64,000 nucleotides of DNA from an uncultured Eubacteriales bacterium (GTDB lineage: Bacteria > Bacillota > Clostridia > Christensenellales > UBA1242): positions 1,113 to 65,112 of the forward strand of contig CASDSK010000043.1 of assembly GCA_949283525.1 (NCBI GenBank). The letters are read 5' to 3'. A model generated the notes under the pieces. That model was not told where the DNA came from. It saw only the letters and a list, made by a program, of their open reading frames with translations, and made no database searches. The position numbers were made by a program, and so were the translations under genes. Below, in pieces: positions 1 through 10,032 of this stretch; position 1 is the first letter of the stretch; the number at the start of each line of letters is the position of its first letter.

Positions 1-676
1 AATGTAGACACATTGCACTACATTCTATGTGCCAACCTGGATAACCAACTCCCCAAGGACTATCCCATTTCATTATATGGTCAGGTTTATTTAATATCCA
101 AAGTGCAAAATCCCAAGGATTACGCCTTTCGTCATCTACTTCTACTCTCGCACCTGCTTTTTGATTTTCTAAGTCTAAGTGTGCAAAGTCGGCATAATTT
201 TTGAATTTTGATGTATCAAACTGTAATCCTACTTTGGTTCTATATACATAACCGTTTTGTTCAAGTTTTTTTATTAATTCTATCATATGGTCAACATTTT
301 CTGTCGCACGTGCGATAATGCTAGGTCTAATTATATTTATCTCTTGTATAGCATCAAAGAATTGTTTCTCATATTTTCTAGCGACTTGCCAAGGCGTTAA
401 ATTCTCTTGTTTTGCTCTTACTTCCATCTTGTCATCTTTGTCATCTTCGTCATCAAGGTTATGACCTACATCCGTTACATTCATAACGTGTTTAACTCGA
501 TAGCCTAAATCTCTTAAATATCTAGCAAGTGTATCACTCATTAAATATGCTTTCAAATGTCCAATATGTGGATATGAATACACTGTCATTCCACACGAAT
601 ACATCGTAACTTCGTTAGGATGTATCGATTTAAATATTTCTTTTTTCTTAGTAGCGGTATTATATAATTTCAACAT
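1..676 (-). CDS. cysS: cysteine--tRNA ligase, N-terminal ~225 aa (3' end lies beyond the left window edge)
   Basis: My translation of the minus strand from the ATG at 676 gives MLKLYNTATKKKEIFKSIHPNEVTMYSCGMTVYSYPHIGHLKAY... and reaches ...GYPGWHIECSAMC at the window edge. It carries the class I HIGH motif and the CysS-typical GWHIECSAM motif. It is absent from the ORF track because no stop lies in the window. Confidence 0.85.
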   Translation of the reverse strand, partial: MLKLYNTATKKKEIFKSIHPNEVTMYSCGMTVYSYPHIGHLKAYLMSDTLARYLRDLGYRVKHVMNVTDVGHNLDDEDDKDDKMEVRAKQENLTPWQVARKYEKQFFDAIQEINIIRPSIIARATENVDHMIELIKKLEQNGYVYRTKVGLQFDTSKFKNYADFAHLDLENQKAGARVEVDDERRNPWDFALWILNKPDHIMKWDSPWGVGYPGWHIECSAMCLH

Positions 677-828
677 TTTTAACTCCTTAATTATATTATG
701 TGTGACCAAATAAAATTTTACACTACTTCAATTTATTTCTTATTATATCGTAAAGTATTAATTATTTATACTTTTTTTTAAACTTTATTTTAATTTAAAA
801 AACTTAGTAATTCATATTTAATTCTTTA

Positions 829-1154
829 GGCAAGACGTAAGCCGAGTTCTGTCGAGAGTGATTATCTATCTAGACTTATTGTCACCAATAAGTTCAAGCG
901 GCGTAATTCGGGAATCAGACGGACAGCCTTTTGTGATTCCCTGCCTTGCATCAGGTGGGGTTTACAGAATGTCTAAGTCGCCATAAACATTGGTGAGCTC
1001 TTACCTCGCCTTTCCACCCTTACCGTCAATATGACGGCGGTATATCTCTGTTGCACTTTCCTTGGAGTTGCCTCCACAAGCCGTTAGCTTGCACCTTGTC
1101 CTGTGATGCTCGGACTTTCCTAATTGTTTGCACAATTCAATCACTTATCTTACC
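829..1154 (-). ncRNA. rnpB: RNase P RNA
   Basis: G+C-rich non-coding island in AT-rich DNA. The minus strand reads TTAGGAAAGTCCGAGCATCAC (conserved P4 GGAAAGTCCG motif) near the 5' end and ACAGAACTCGGCTTACG near the 3' end. 5' GGTAAG and 3' CTTGCC can close P1. Ends are approximate (+/-10 nt). Confidence 0.85.
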
Positions 1155-1194
1155 TAAAGAATTAAATATGCCTTGCTAACTTCTATTAAGTTTA

Positions 1195-1285
1195 TCATAA
1201 TTTTCATAAAAAATCAACAATTTATTCTTTAAAATATCTTGTTTATTGCTATAATTTATTTTTAAAATCTTCATAATTTTCATAA
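1195..1285 (+). promoter_or_regulatory. putative promoter/operator of the MazF module
   Basis: A perfect 15-bp direct repeat TCATAATTTTCATAA (1195-1209 and 1271-1285) brackets an extended -10 TGCTATAAT (1247-1255). Each repeat contains TCATAA twice. Confidence 0.35.
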
Positions 1286-1343
1286 TAAATTATTTTATAA
1301 TACAAATAATATTTTTGATTAAAATTTAATTTGGAGGCAATAA

Positions 1344-1520
1344 TTGACTATAGAAAATAATAAAAATACAAAAAATACGAACAAAGTTATTAAAGACTTG
1401 CATAAAATGGAAATGAAGATGAAAACTTTGGATTTTTCATTTCTTGATGTAGATAATATTAATGTAGAAGTAGAAAATCAAAGTTTAGAGTCATTTTTAT
1501 TATTTATAAAAGGAGAATAA
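1344..1520 (+). CDS. small acidic protein upstream of mazF; candidate non-canonical antitoxin
   Basis: TTG start 6 nt after GGAGG (1333-1337), 58 codons, TAA stop 1 nt before the mazF ATG. My translation: [58 protein letters not shown]. Too short for the ORF track. Confidence 0.35.
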   Translation: MTIENNKNTKNTNKVIKDLHKMEMKMKTLDFSFLDVDNINVEVENQSLESFLLFIKGE

Positions 1521-1521
1521 A

Positions 1522-1869
1522 ATGTCAATTAAACGTGGGGAAATATATTATGCAGATTTAAGCCCCGTTATTGGTAGTGAACAAGGTGGTGTAAGACCTG
1601 TTTTGATACTTCAAAATGATGTAGGGAATAAATATGCACCAACCGTTATTGTTGCAGCAATCACTAGCCAATTATCTAAGGCAAAATTGCCCACGCATAT
1701 TGAATTACCTTGCGATAGTTATGGGTTAACAAAAGATTCTATTATTTTGTGTGAACAAATTAGAACTCTCGACAAAAAACGTTTAGGCGAATGTTTGGGG
1801 ATGTTACCTGATAATATGATGAAAAATATAGATTATGCTTTGTCTTTGAGTTTAGGTATTATAAATTAA
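1522..1869 (+). CDS. mazF: MazF/EndoA-type mRNA interferase toxin (PemK family)
   Basis: 115 aa. [30 protein letters not shown]...[21 protein letters not shown]...[15 protein letters not shown] is collinear with Bacillus EndoA/NdoA as I recall it. Confidence 0.9.
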   Translation: MSIKRGEIYYADLSPVIGSEQGGVRPVLILQNDVGNKYAPTVIVAAITSQLSKAKLPTHIELPCDSYGLTKDSIILCEQIRTLDKKRLGECLGMLPDNMMKNIDYALSLSLGIIN

Positions 1870-1917
1870 AAAAATCTATGTTAGTTAAAGTAAATGAAAC
1901 AAACATAGATTTTTTAT
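1869..1917. terminator. bidirectional hairpin between convergent mazF and the ATPase gene
   Basis: AAAAATCTATGTT (1869-1882) pairs with AACATAGATTTTT (1902-1915). A/T runs lie on both sides. Confidence 0.6.
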
Positions 1918-4617
1918 TTATTTTCTTACATTGCTAAATATTTCTTTCACTGCTTTGAGTGGCGAAATTTTTAAAGTTGTACGAGATAGTGGTCCTGATA
2001 TGAAGAAACATTCTCCAATGTTGGCTGTAACAATACTATCTTGTTCCCCTTCATTGATTTCACCTGCGTTTCGATACAAACTTACAAGGTCAGATATGTC
2101 ATTCGGCGCAAGACTAAATATCATTGAATATTGTGAAGCGTTAATAACTGCTGTAGATTGTCGGGCTATCTCTGGAGAACCTACAAAGTCTTTAATGTTC
2201 TGCGTGATAATGATTTGCATACCACCATATTTTCTAATACGTTTAGCCATTTGTGCCATAAAGTCAAGTGCCATAGGATATTTAGGGTTAATGAATGTAT
2301 GTGCTTCATCAACTGCTATTACTATCTTTCTATTACTGTCATTTAAAGTATTAAAGTCTTTATTTCTAATAATTTCATTCTCTAAGTACTTAAATACTAA
2401 TAACATTTGTGCGTTCGTTGTAATAGTATTTCTATTCGAAATTAACGATAAGAATGAGAATGTTACAAAGTTTTCTGCCGTTTCAATCGAAGTTGGACCA
2501 TTCCATAATTTACTATTTCTACCACCTTTCGCAAACTTTTTGACATAATTTTCTATAATTTGCAAATTTCTTTTGTGATAAGGGTCCTGCTCTTTTTCAA
2601 TTCTATCCAAAACAAGTTTGTATAAATCGTCAAATATTGGAAATTCTTCGGGCTTCAATTTTGTTACATCTGTATTCATATCAATACCCTTTTGATTATA
2701 AGTATCTGCTACAAGTGAATTTAACAATTCAAATGCGTCACTCGGCATACCTTCCATTATTATTCTAAAAAATTCTTCCAAAAATTGTAGATGCAAAGCG
2801 TATGCATCGCCTTCTTTTCTCTTTTTGTCAGCAAGTTTGTCTAGTTCTTCTTCCGTTAAATCTTCATCTTTTTCTCCATATCCCTCTTCATCGTCCTGTA
2901 ATGAAGCATTTATATGGAATGGATTTAATATACCAGAACGACTAGAACCTACGTCGATTAATTTACCTTTCAAATTTTTAACTAACGGTGCATATTCATC
3001 CTCGGGGTCGAGAATAAATATTCTAGCGTTATCGGCAGCAAGGTTTGTTAATAATGTTTTGGTAGCAAAGGATTTACCAGAACCAGACTTACCAACTACC
3101 ATTATGTTACTATTAACACGCACATTATCTCTTTTGTAGAAATCTACAAATACAGGTAATGAATTATACCCTAAATAAAATCCACCTTCATCCTGTAGAG
3201 CATTGCTTATAAATGGGAACATACCTGCAATTGATGCTGTTTGAATTCCTCTGCTGGCATCTTTGATTTTATCAATTCTAGAAATATTATTACTTACAAA
3301 TTCGTCAACTTGTCTACCAAACATTTCATTGTATCTAAAACCATTTTGTTTTAGTAATGCCCTAACTTCCTTCTTCGCATTTTCTTCACAAACTATATGA
3401 ATATTGACTTTATATAATTCTTCATTAGCATTTTTTATATCAGTTAATAATTCGTGTAAAGTATTTATATGCGTTTGATATTCTATTTGTTTTGAACTTT
3501 TTAGTGAATACTGAGATTGCGATTGCATTTCTATTAATGCTCTATCTATTTGTTTTTCTGCCTGCGTTCTAGGTATTGGTTTAATATTAACAACTACTTT
3601 TGTATCTTCTAGACTAAAGATTGGATACCCCCACGCATTGCCAACGGCTATTGGGTAATCTGTTATGGAGAAACTTCTATATTCTTTATTATCTATAACG
3701 GTTTTTGACATTTTAAAATTAACTACGTCAGGTGTAGCCCACTTAATTTGCTCATTTAATGGAACCACTTCTACATCGCGTTGGTCAAAATCTTTCCCAT
3801 AATTTGCTTTAAGAAATACTGCTATTTGTTCGTCTTTTAATTGTTCTGCACTCATTGGAGTGGCGCTTTGTCTTAAACTAGATAACATACCTTCTATTGT
3901 TATATCTAATTGCTCTTTGTCCTTGTCATATACAACTATATAAAATGAATCTTTGAATATTCTATCCGTATCGTTTATATTTTTTAAAAAATCTAAACGT
4001 GCTTCAAAAATTTCAGAACGAACATCAATTTCTTCTTGTGTCATTTCTCCTTCACTTTGTAACTCCATAAGTGAATCGTATTTTCTTTCTTCCGTCTGCA
4101 TATATTTGTCAAAAATCATAGCCTTATCAATTTTGACAATACTCGCTTGTTGACTTAGTTGTAAACGCTTAAGAGCATTAGCAACAGTATTTATAAGCAT
4201 ATCTTGTTTGTATTCGTTAAGCATAAAGAATTCGACAGGTTTCAATTCAATTACTTCTGCATAATATTCATTTCCGTAACTTATGAAACGGCCTTCAAGT
4301 ATTGCATCATATGGGATAATTTCTTCAATTGGTGAATGTTTATGCATTAGGTGTTTACTGTATTTTTTCTTAAGTGCTAGAAACTTAAACGCTAACCATA
4401 TACTTACATATAACCTAATTCCATCTGCTACAGGTATCCAAAAACTTACACATATGGCTAACCACGCTATCGCTATGTACCAATTGTATGGTAAATTGCT
4501 TTGTGCAAATAATATAAAACCTGCTATGGCTATTATAGCTAATATCATGTCGCCAAGAGTAACATTTTTGAAAAACTGCATTTTAACTTTTGTTCTTCTA
4601 GGTATAAATCTTTGCAT
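1918..4617 (-). CDS. VirB4/TrsE-like (HerA-FtsK superfamily) ATPase with an N-terminal VirB3/PrgI-like double transmembrane segment
   Basis: Walker A VVGKSGSGKSF, ILDPEDEY, Walker B IAVDEAHTF, GGMQIIITQN. Two hydrophobic helices lie near the N-terminus (MILAIIAIAGFILF, YIAIAWLAICVSFWIPV). Preferred start is the ATG at 4617, after AGGAG (4622-4626). Confidence 0.7.
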   Translation of the reverse strand: MQRFIPRRTKVKMQFFKNVTLGDMILAIIAIAGFILFAQSNLPYNWYIAIAWLAICVSFWIPVADGIRLYVSIWLAFKFLALKKKYSKHLMHKHSPIEEIIPYDAILEGRFISYGNEYYAEVIELKPVEFFMLNEYKQDMLINTVANALKRLQLSQQASIVKIDKAMIFDKYMQTEERKYDSLMELQSEGEMTQEEIDVRSEIFEARLDFLKNINDTDRIFKDSFYIVVYDKDKEQLDITIEGMLSSLRQSATPMSAEQLKDEQIAVFLKANYGKDFDQRDVEVVPLNEQIKWATPDVVNFKMSKTVIDNKEYRSFSITDYPIAVGNAWGYPIFSLEDTKVVVNIKPIPRTQAEKQIDRALIEMQSQSQYSLKSSKQIEYQTHINTLHELLTDIKNANEELYKVNIHIVCEENAKKEVRALLKQNGFRYNEMFGRQVDEFVSNNISRIDKIKDASRGIQTASIAGMFPFISNALQDEGGFYLGYNSLPVFVDFYKRDNVRVNSNIMVVGKSGSGKSFATKTLLTNLAADNARIFILDPEDEYAPLVKNLKGKLIDVGSSRSGILNPFHINASLQDDEEGYGEKDEDLTEEELDKLADKKRKEGDAYALHLQFLEEFFRIIMEGMPSDAFELLNSLVADTYNQKGIDMNTDVTKLKPEEFPIFDDLYKLVLDRIEKEQDPYHKRNLQIIENYVKKFAKGGRNSKLWNGPTSIETAENFVTFSFLSLISNRNTITTNAQMLLVFKYLENEIIRNKDFNTLNDSNRKIVIAVDEAHTFINPKYPMALDFMAQMAKRIRKYGGMQIIITQNIKDFVGSPEIARQSTAVINASQYSMIFSLAPNDISDLVSLYRNAGEINEGEQDSIVTANIGECFFISGPLSRTTLKISPLKAVKEIFSNVRK

Positions 4618-4641
4618 AATTCTCCTTTGTGCTATAAGCAA

Positions 4642-7600
4642 CTATTCTACAAAATTAATTGTGTATTTTTGTTTAATTTTTAATCCGTCTTCAGTTTCAA
4701 GAATGACATTTATGTTAGCACTGATGTTCGATTGCTCACTGCCTTCATACGTTAACACATTATTGTCAATTTTAAAACCACTTATGTTATCATCTAATAA
4801 TTCAAATTTGATAAATTGTGAATTACTAGAAATACAAACGTTTTGACCTGTAGTTCCTTCATTAGTAATTTTTAAACCAAATAAACTGTTAGTGCTTAAA
4901 TTATAACCTTCTGTAAGTAAATCTTTTGATATGTCTGTAACATAATCTCCATTATCCATATTCCATTTAAGGCTATTCATTTCACTTTCAATTATGCTAC
5001 CACTAACACATATTTTATCTGTTTTGCCATTTGTAGTAATTTGTACATAAAATTGAGTATTTATTTCTTTGATAACTAATTTATAGTATACTTGTTCATT
5101 ATATCTTTCGGTTTTAATTTCTGCAATATTGCTATCTAAATTATCCATATCTAGAATTTTATAACTAATACTGCCAACTGTGATTTCTAATTCTTTTGGA
5201 ATAATGTATGGGATATTTTTTTCGTCAAGTGCTTTCAAACACTGTATTTCACCTTTTGTATATTTAGGCGTTCCAAAATACAATTCGCATAAACGATTAT
5301 TAGTATCTAATAACCCCCATTGCATCTTTATACTATTTACTTCATCAATGTTGGTATTAGGTATTCTAGTCGTTGTGTAATTGAATAACCCTTTTAGCCA
5401 ATAACAATCAATGCCAGTTATTGTATCACTAGGTTCGGCGTTGACTAATTGCGTACCGTCATTAAATAATACATTCATTTCTACACTTTCAACAGGAACT
5501 TCGATGATGTATAACATAACAGCATACAATGATTCATAACCTTGAGTTGCAGAAGTTGAACCTGTGTAGTATTCAAATGTTATAGATAACTCTTCATATT
5601 CTTTAGTTGGATTGTTATTATGAATGTCTAGATTGAGATAATATACTTGAACATTAGGTGTACTACTATCTTGAGTTATAGTCGCATCTACAATAGATAA
5701 TTCTTGTTCATTATTTGAATTTTTTATTTTTAACCATTGTCCAAATTCAGTATTATTGTTGTATGCATCATATAATGCACCTATAGAATTGCCTTCTATT
5801 CTTATTCTATGTTTTGAAATACTACTTACTGCTAAAATATTGTTTGTAGGTAAAGAAGTGCTTCCTATTAATTCTTCTTCTCCATTTTCTAGTTGTGCGT
5901 ACGCCGTTAATGAATTTAACCTTTCAATAACTTGGAATGTAACCGGCTTACTACTAGCAATAGCGACCAAATTAGGCAAATTCTCTGTTAAAACGTTACC
6001 ATTTTCGTCAATAACATTTCCTTGGTCATTAAACTTGATAATATTCCCGTTAGCATCTAGTATATTACCATTCATATCTGTTTTAATGACATAAGCACGT
6101 AACACTATACTTCCACGAGCAATTGCTTGTATTATATTAGGATTTAATAAATCTTCGCCTCTAATTTCACGCCCAAATCCTGCAAACAATGTAGAACTTA
6201 ATTGTACTATTTCTTGTCCCTGTTCATTTACATAAGTATCCCCTACGTAAGAACCATTATTGTAAACACCTTCAGCAAATATCTTAACTACTGAATACGT
6301 TGAATTTCCACCATTTTCACTAATAATATTAACATTATCCATCCAAGCCCATATTGCTTCTGCAGGGTTATTTATTATATTGTTTTCTTTCGTAATTTTA
6401 ATTTGTATTAAGTCATTATAATTAACATTATCACTTGATTTTGTAGTACCTTCAAATGATAATTCTTTGATGTCGTTTTGTGTAACTTCTATATTTAAAA
6501 TTTGTGCAGAAATCTCAGGATATCCTTGAACTCTAACGTTAACTACAATTTGATTAGGTTCTTGCGTTAAAGTAAATTGCCACTTCTTAGTATCTAAATT
6601 TTTTGATATCACAAGACCTTTTGATTCTGTTTCTAAAATTAAATTGTCATATAAATTATTTATAAAATCAGGATTATCATTAGATACAACAAAATTTATC
6701 CCTAATTCTTGTGGAGTAAATTCTGCAGTATTAAATAAAGGTATTTGAATTTCTTTATTGTCGATTTTGATTTCTTCTAAAATGGCTTGTCGAACTTCAA
6801 TCATAAATGTAATGGTAACTTCTCTTCCTTCCATTAATTCTGGAGGTATGTAATCACCCTGTTCTGGAAATTCTGGTTCGTAATTATTGACAAAATATAA
6901 ATCGTCATATGTTTTTAAAATTGTTGCGTGTACTAAAACTTTACCAATATTAAGTGCAGTAATTTGCCCATTTTGACTTAATTGTATTACATTATTTGAT
7001 GAGTTTTCATCTATAGAATATCTTATTGTTTTCGCAGATTTTCTAAAACTGTTAAAAAATGAGTTTGTATCTAAATGTGATGGGTCTTGAGAATTAAAAG
7101 GTAAACATTTGGTTGAAATATTACCTATTTCATCTTCATACAAAACAAACTTGATATAGTTTTCTTCATTTTCAACAAGCATATCTTGGCTTGTTACTTC
7201 TAATTCAGTTACAGGAATATCAACAAAAACAATGAGTGGCTTTTGGATAAATTGATTTTGTTCGTTTTGGACATTTATATAACAAAATCCCCCTTTATTT
7301 ACCCCATTAGCATCTTTTGTAACAGTTATTTGAATAGGTTCGTTAAGATTGCCTTCCATAGGTACAGTAGCAACATCAGGGTTACTACTACTCAATTTTA
7401 TTTTTGTTTCAGTTATTGGCTCTTCTCCTATAATATTTCCTTCTTCATCTTTAATAGGGGCTGATTTTCCCTTAACAACAAAACTAGGATCAATGAGAAT
7501 ATTAGGATTGTCGCTATCATATATTCCATTAATTCTTAAAACTGGATAACCATTTATTATAACTTTGTTAGCATCTTTTTTGTTAGGGTCAGTTTCAAAT

Positions 7601-7758
7601 TCAGTTGTATCAATACTTATATTTTCAGCGTAAACCACTTTAGGTGAATAATATCCCAAAGCGAATGCAACTATAACAGAAACCCAAACAATAAAAACAG
7701 CGAAGCAACAGCAATATGCTATAGTTGTAAATATATTTAACCAAGTTTCTTTTTTCAT
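4642..7758 (-). CDS. large N-terminally anchored surface protein with Ig-like (Big_2-type) domains
   Basis: 1038 aa from the ATG at 7758 (AAGGGG RBS). N-terminal TM/signal-anchor IFTTIAYCCCFAVFIVWVSVIVAFALG. Big_2-like motif KLSSSNPDVATV. Short tandem NGN(I/V) repeats (DMNGNILDANGNIIKFNDQGNVIDENGNV). No LPXTG motif. Confidence 0.6.
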   Translation of the reverse strand: MKKETWLNIFTTIAYCCCFAVFIVWVSVIVAFALGYYSPKVVYAENISIDTTEFETDPNKKDANKVIINGYPVLRINGIYDSDNPNILIDPSFVVKGKSAPIKDEEGNIIGEEPITETKIKLSSSNPDVATVPMEGNLNEPIQITVTKDANGVNKGGFCYINVQNEQNQFIQKPLIVFVDIPVTELEVTSQDMLVENEENYIKFVLYEDEIGNISTKCLPFNSQDPSHLDTNSFFNSFRKSAKTIRYSIDENSSNNVIQLSQNGQITALNIGKVLVHATILKTYDDLYFVNNYEPEFPEQGDYIPPELMEGREVTITFMIEVRQAILEEIKIDNKEIQIPLFNTAEFTPQELGINFVVSNDNPDFINNLYDNLILETESKGLVISKNLDTKKWQFTLTQEPNQIVVNVRVQGYPEISAQILNIEVTQNDIKELSFEGTTKSSDNVNYNDLIQIKITKENNIINNPAEAIWAWMDNVNIISENGGNSTYSVVKIFAEGVYNNGSYVGDTYVNEQGQEIVQLSSTLFAGFGREIRGEDLLNPNIIQAIARGSIVLRAYVIKTDMNGNILDANGNIIKFNDQGNVIDENGNVLTENLPNLVAIASSKPVTFQVIERLNSLTAYAQLENGEEELIGSTSLPTNNILAVSSISKHRIRIEGNSIGALYDAYNNNTEFGQWLKIKNSNNEQELSIVDATITQDSSTPNVQVYYLNLDIHNNNPTKEYEELSITFEYYTGSTSATQGYESLYAVMLYIIEVPVESVEMNVLFNDGTQLVNAEPSDTITGIDCYWLKGLFNYTTTRIPNTNIDEVNSIKMQWGLLDTNNRLCELYFGTPKYTKGEIQCLKALDEKNIPYIIPKELEITVGSISYKILDMDNLDSNIAEIKTERYNEQVYYKLVIKEINTQFYVQITTNGKTDKICVSGSIIESEMNSLKWNMDNGDYVTDISKDLLTEGYNLSTNSLFGLKITNEGTTGQNVCISSNSQFIKFELLDDNISGFKIDNNVLTYEGSEQSNISANINVILETEDGLKIKQKYTINFVE

Positions 7759-7914
7759 TTTATCCCCTTTTGTATGTAGTATTTGCAAAAAACTTATTTA
7801 ATTACATAATCTACGCTAATTATATCAATTATGACATTTTAAGTCAAACAATTTAATACTTTATGCCATTATTTATATGATTTTTGTATTAATGAATTAA
7901 TTTTATTAGACAAA

Positions 7915-7949
7915 ATAAAAAAAAGACTATAGTTTTTTTACTATAATCT
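7915..7949 (-). terminator. rho-independent terminator after ppa
   Basis: Minus strand: AGATTATAG-loop-CTATAGTCT followed by a T-run. Confidence 0.6.
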
Positions 7950-7967
7950 AATTATAAATTTTGAGTT

Positions 7968-8498
7968 TTATTTATTATATTTATCTTTATATCTTTCTAT
8001 TGCTTCTTTGATTATTTTTTTAGCAGATTCTTCATCTTCAACACCTTTTATTTCACAATGTTTATTTTCAAGTGCCTTATAACTTTCAAAAAAATGCACC
8101 ATTTCGTTATACACGTGTTGTGGTATGTCGCTTAATTTATCAAATTTGTTATAAAATTTATCAGACTTACATACAGCAATAATTTTCTCATCATTATCGC
8201 CACCGTCTACCATTTTGATAACAGCAATAGGTTTACAATCAACTAAACACATACTTTGTATTGGTTCTGAACACAATACCAAAACATCTAATGGGTCTCC
8301 GTCTTCACTTAAAGTTTTAGGTATAAATCCATAATTTGCTGGGTATACCATTGAAGTAGATAGTACTCTATCTAATTGTATCATTCCTGTTTCTTTGTCT
8401 AATTCATATTTTGCTTTACTTCCTTTTGTTATCTCAATAACTGAAGTAAATTCATCTATTTTAACTCTTTTTTCGTCTAAATCATGCCAAATATTCAT
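7968..8498 (-). CDS. ppa: inorganic pyrophosphatase, family I
   Basis: 176 aa. YPANYGFIP...DGDPLDVLVL...DEKIIAV are typical family I motifs. Confidence 0.9.
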   Translation of the reverse strand: MNIWHDLDEKRVKIDEFTSVIEITKGSKAKYELDKETGMIQLDRVLSTSMVYPANYGFIPKTLSEDGDPLDVLVLCSEPIQSMCLVDCKPIAVIKMVDGGDNDEKIIAVCKSDKFYNKFDKLSDIPQHVYNEMVHFFESYKALENKHCEIKGVEDEESAKKIIKEAIERYKDKYNK

Positions 8499-8515
8499 TT
8501 TATTCCCTCTTTAAA

Positions 8516-9196
8516 TTAAAATGTAGATTTTAAAATTTCCAAAATGTTTTGAAGATTTTCAAATATATTTCTTTCTTCTTCATCTTCGCTCATAACGCCC
8601 TGCCCATCGACACTTAATTCATTTATGGCTTGTTCAACTTCTTCAATTAATTTATCACGTTCTTTTTTGTCGACGTTATCTTCCATAGCCATAGCAGCAG
8701 TTCTTTCTGAAAATTGACGCAATTTATTCCCTATTTCTTTCTTTTTTAATTGTTTAGCGTCAACTTCTGTATCCAAAAAGATTTTTTCGTTATACATATG
8801 TCCGTTAACTTCATCATTAAAGTTAATTATTTCAAATAAATATTTACCATTAACTCTTAATGTAGAAAGCAATGGTACAATATCTCCCTTACCTGCCACA
8901 ATGCAGAAAGTATTAATATTAGGTTGCGTATAGTTAATAGTCAAAGCGTCTACAACTTGTCTTAAATCTAACTGACTTTTGTTTCTTTTTCTAAAACGCA
9001 TTGTTGTACAAGTGTCAATACCATAATAAGCAATTATGTCGTGCCAATTGGTATGTTTTCTCTCATTGTAGCCATACAATTTCACGTAATCTAAACTACC
9101 TATCTTTTTTAAAACGTTAAGAATTTCATTAAAATTATCAAGTGAAACATCAACATTATCGACGTCAATCAAAAGTGCAATGTGTTTATTATCCAT
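8516..9196 (-). CDS. NYN/LabA-like (PIN-fold) domain protein
   Basis: N-terminal IALLIDVDNV and an internal FCIVAGKGDIVPLL pattern typical of NYN domains. The acidic C-terminal tail has no recognisable domain. Confidence 0.6.
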   Translation of the reverse strand: MDNKHIALLIDVDNVDVSLDNFNEILNVLKKIGSLDYVKLYGYNERKHTNWHDIIAYYGIDTCTTMRFRKRNKSQLDLRQVVDALTINYTQPNINTFCIVAGKGDIVPLLSTLRVNGKYLFEIINFNDEVNGHMYNEKIFLDTEVDAKQLKKKEIGNKLRQFSERTAAMAMEDNVDKKERDKLIEEVEQAINELSVDGQGVMSEDEEERNIFENLQNILEILKSTF

Positions 9197-9197
9197 T

Positions 9198-10031
9198 TTA
9201 TTTCTCCTTTAGCTCACGCTTATAATAGAACAAATATTGTTGAGCGTACCCAGCCAAATCCCCAAATTCTTGTACCATTCGCTTAGACATTTCTTTACGC
9301 AAAGTATTAAAGTGAAAATATTCCTGACAAACTCTACTCATCCATACATCGACCGGAAATACATTTGTTTTGGATAAACCAAATAATAATATACATTCAG
9401 CAACCTTATTGCCTATTCCTTTTAATTTTATTAAAGTGTTATAGGCATCAATAGTGTTCATTTTTGATAATTTTTCCAAAAACTCATCATCAATTATAGA
9501 AATTGTATCAACTAAATACGATGCTCTATACCCTGCTCCCAATTTAACAAAATCTTGCTCTTGTATATTTTTAAGAGCCAATAATGTAGGAAATGAGTAA
9601 AATTCACCCAATTTATCACCAAAATTAACACACAAACTATTAATAATTTTTTTTATTCTAGTGATGTTGTTATTAGCACTTATTATGAAAGAAATAATCG
9701 TCTCAAGTAAATCTTGCTTAGCAATTCTAATTCCATAACCAAAATTTATCGCTTGTTTTAAAATGGGAATTTTATTAAGTTCCATTTTTATTATACCATA
9801 ATCGTTTTTTAAATCAAAGTATTTTTCATAATAATTTATATTTTCACTTTCAATTATTGCACTTTTCATATCATTTTCATACACTATAGCGTTAAATTTT
9901 GTAGACATAACATCAAAATAACTCTTTTTTTCTTCCCATCTAAACATCTGTCCACATTCGCATATGTGCTTAATATTAAAATCTGTTGGATTAGGTATAA
10001 TTATCTTGTTTTTTTCTTTGTAGTAGTCCAT
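9198..10031 (-). CDS. ogg: 8-oxoguanine DNA glycosylase / HhH-GPD family N-glycosylase-lyase
   Basis: HhH-GPD segment LKGIGNKVAECILLFGL...FPVDVW. 277 aa. Confidence 0.7.
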   Translation of the reverse strand: MDYYKEKNKIIIPNPTDFNIKHICECGQMFRWEEKKSYFDVMSTKFNAIVYENDMKSAIIESENINYYEKYFDLKNDYGIIKMELNKIPILKQAINFGYGIRIAKQDLLETIISFIISANNNITRIKKIINSLCVNFGDKLGEFYSFPTLLALKNIQEQDFVKLGAGYRASYLVDTISIIDDEFLEKLSKMNTIDAYNTLIKLKGIGNKVAECILLFGLSKTNVFPVDVWMSRVCQEYFHFNTLRKEMSKRMVQEFGDLAGYAQQYLFYYKRELKEK

Positions 10032-10032
10032 T

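Noticed and set aside
677-828. T-box leader upstream of cysS
   Set aside because: Only ~150 nt lie between rnpB and cysS. I see no T-box core or specifier-loop architecture.
1931-2548. Long antisense ORFs inside large genes (also 4283-4846, 10790-11134, 12694-13074, 30969-31355, 32133-32534, 43328-43759, 48331-48714, 55126-55494 and others in the track)
   Set aside because: They are shadow ORFs opposite well-supported genes. Their composition is Leu/Ser/Phe/Ile-rich and low-complexity, they lack an RBS, and they show no motifs.
4617-4644. The 1048-aa ORF and the ATPase ORF are in the same frame, separated by a single TAG; a readthrough fusion protein was considered
   Set aside because: The ATPase has its own AGGAG RBS and an ATG at 4617. 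The intervening codons look like a spacer, and being in the same frame has a 1-in-3 chance expectation.
8516-9196. NYN-domain nuclease-like protein as a defence gene
   Set aside because: It is embedded co-directionally among ppa, ogg and recN with 1-nt gaps and no partner genes typical of defence systems. It is more likely a conserved housekeeping LabA-like protein.
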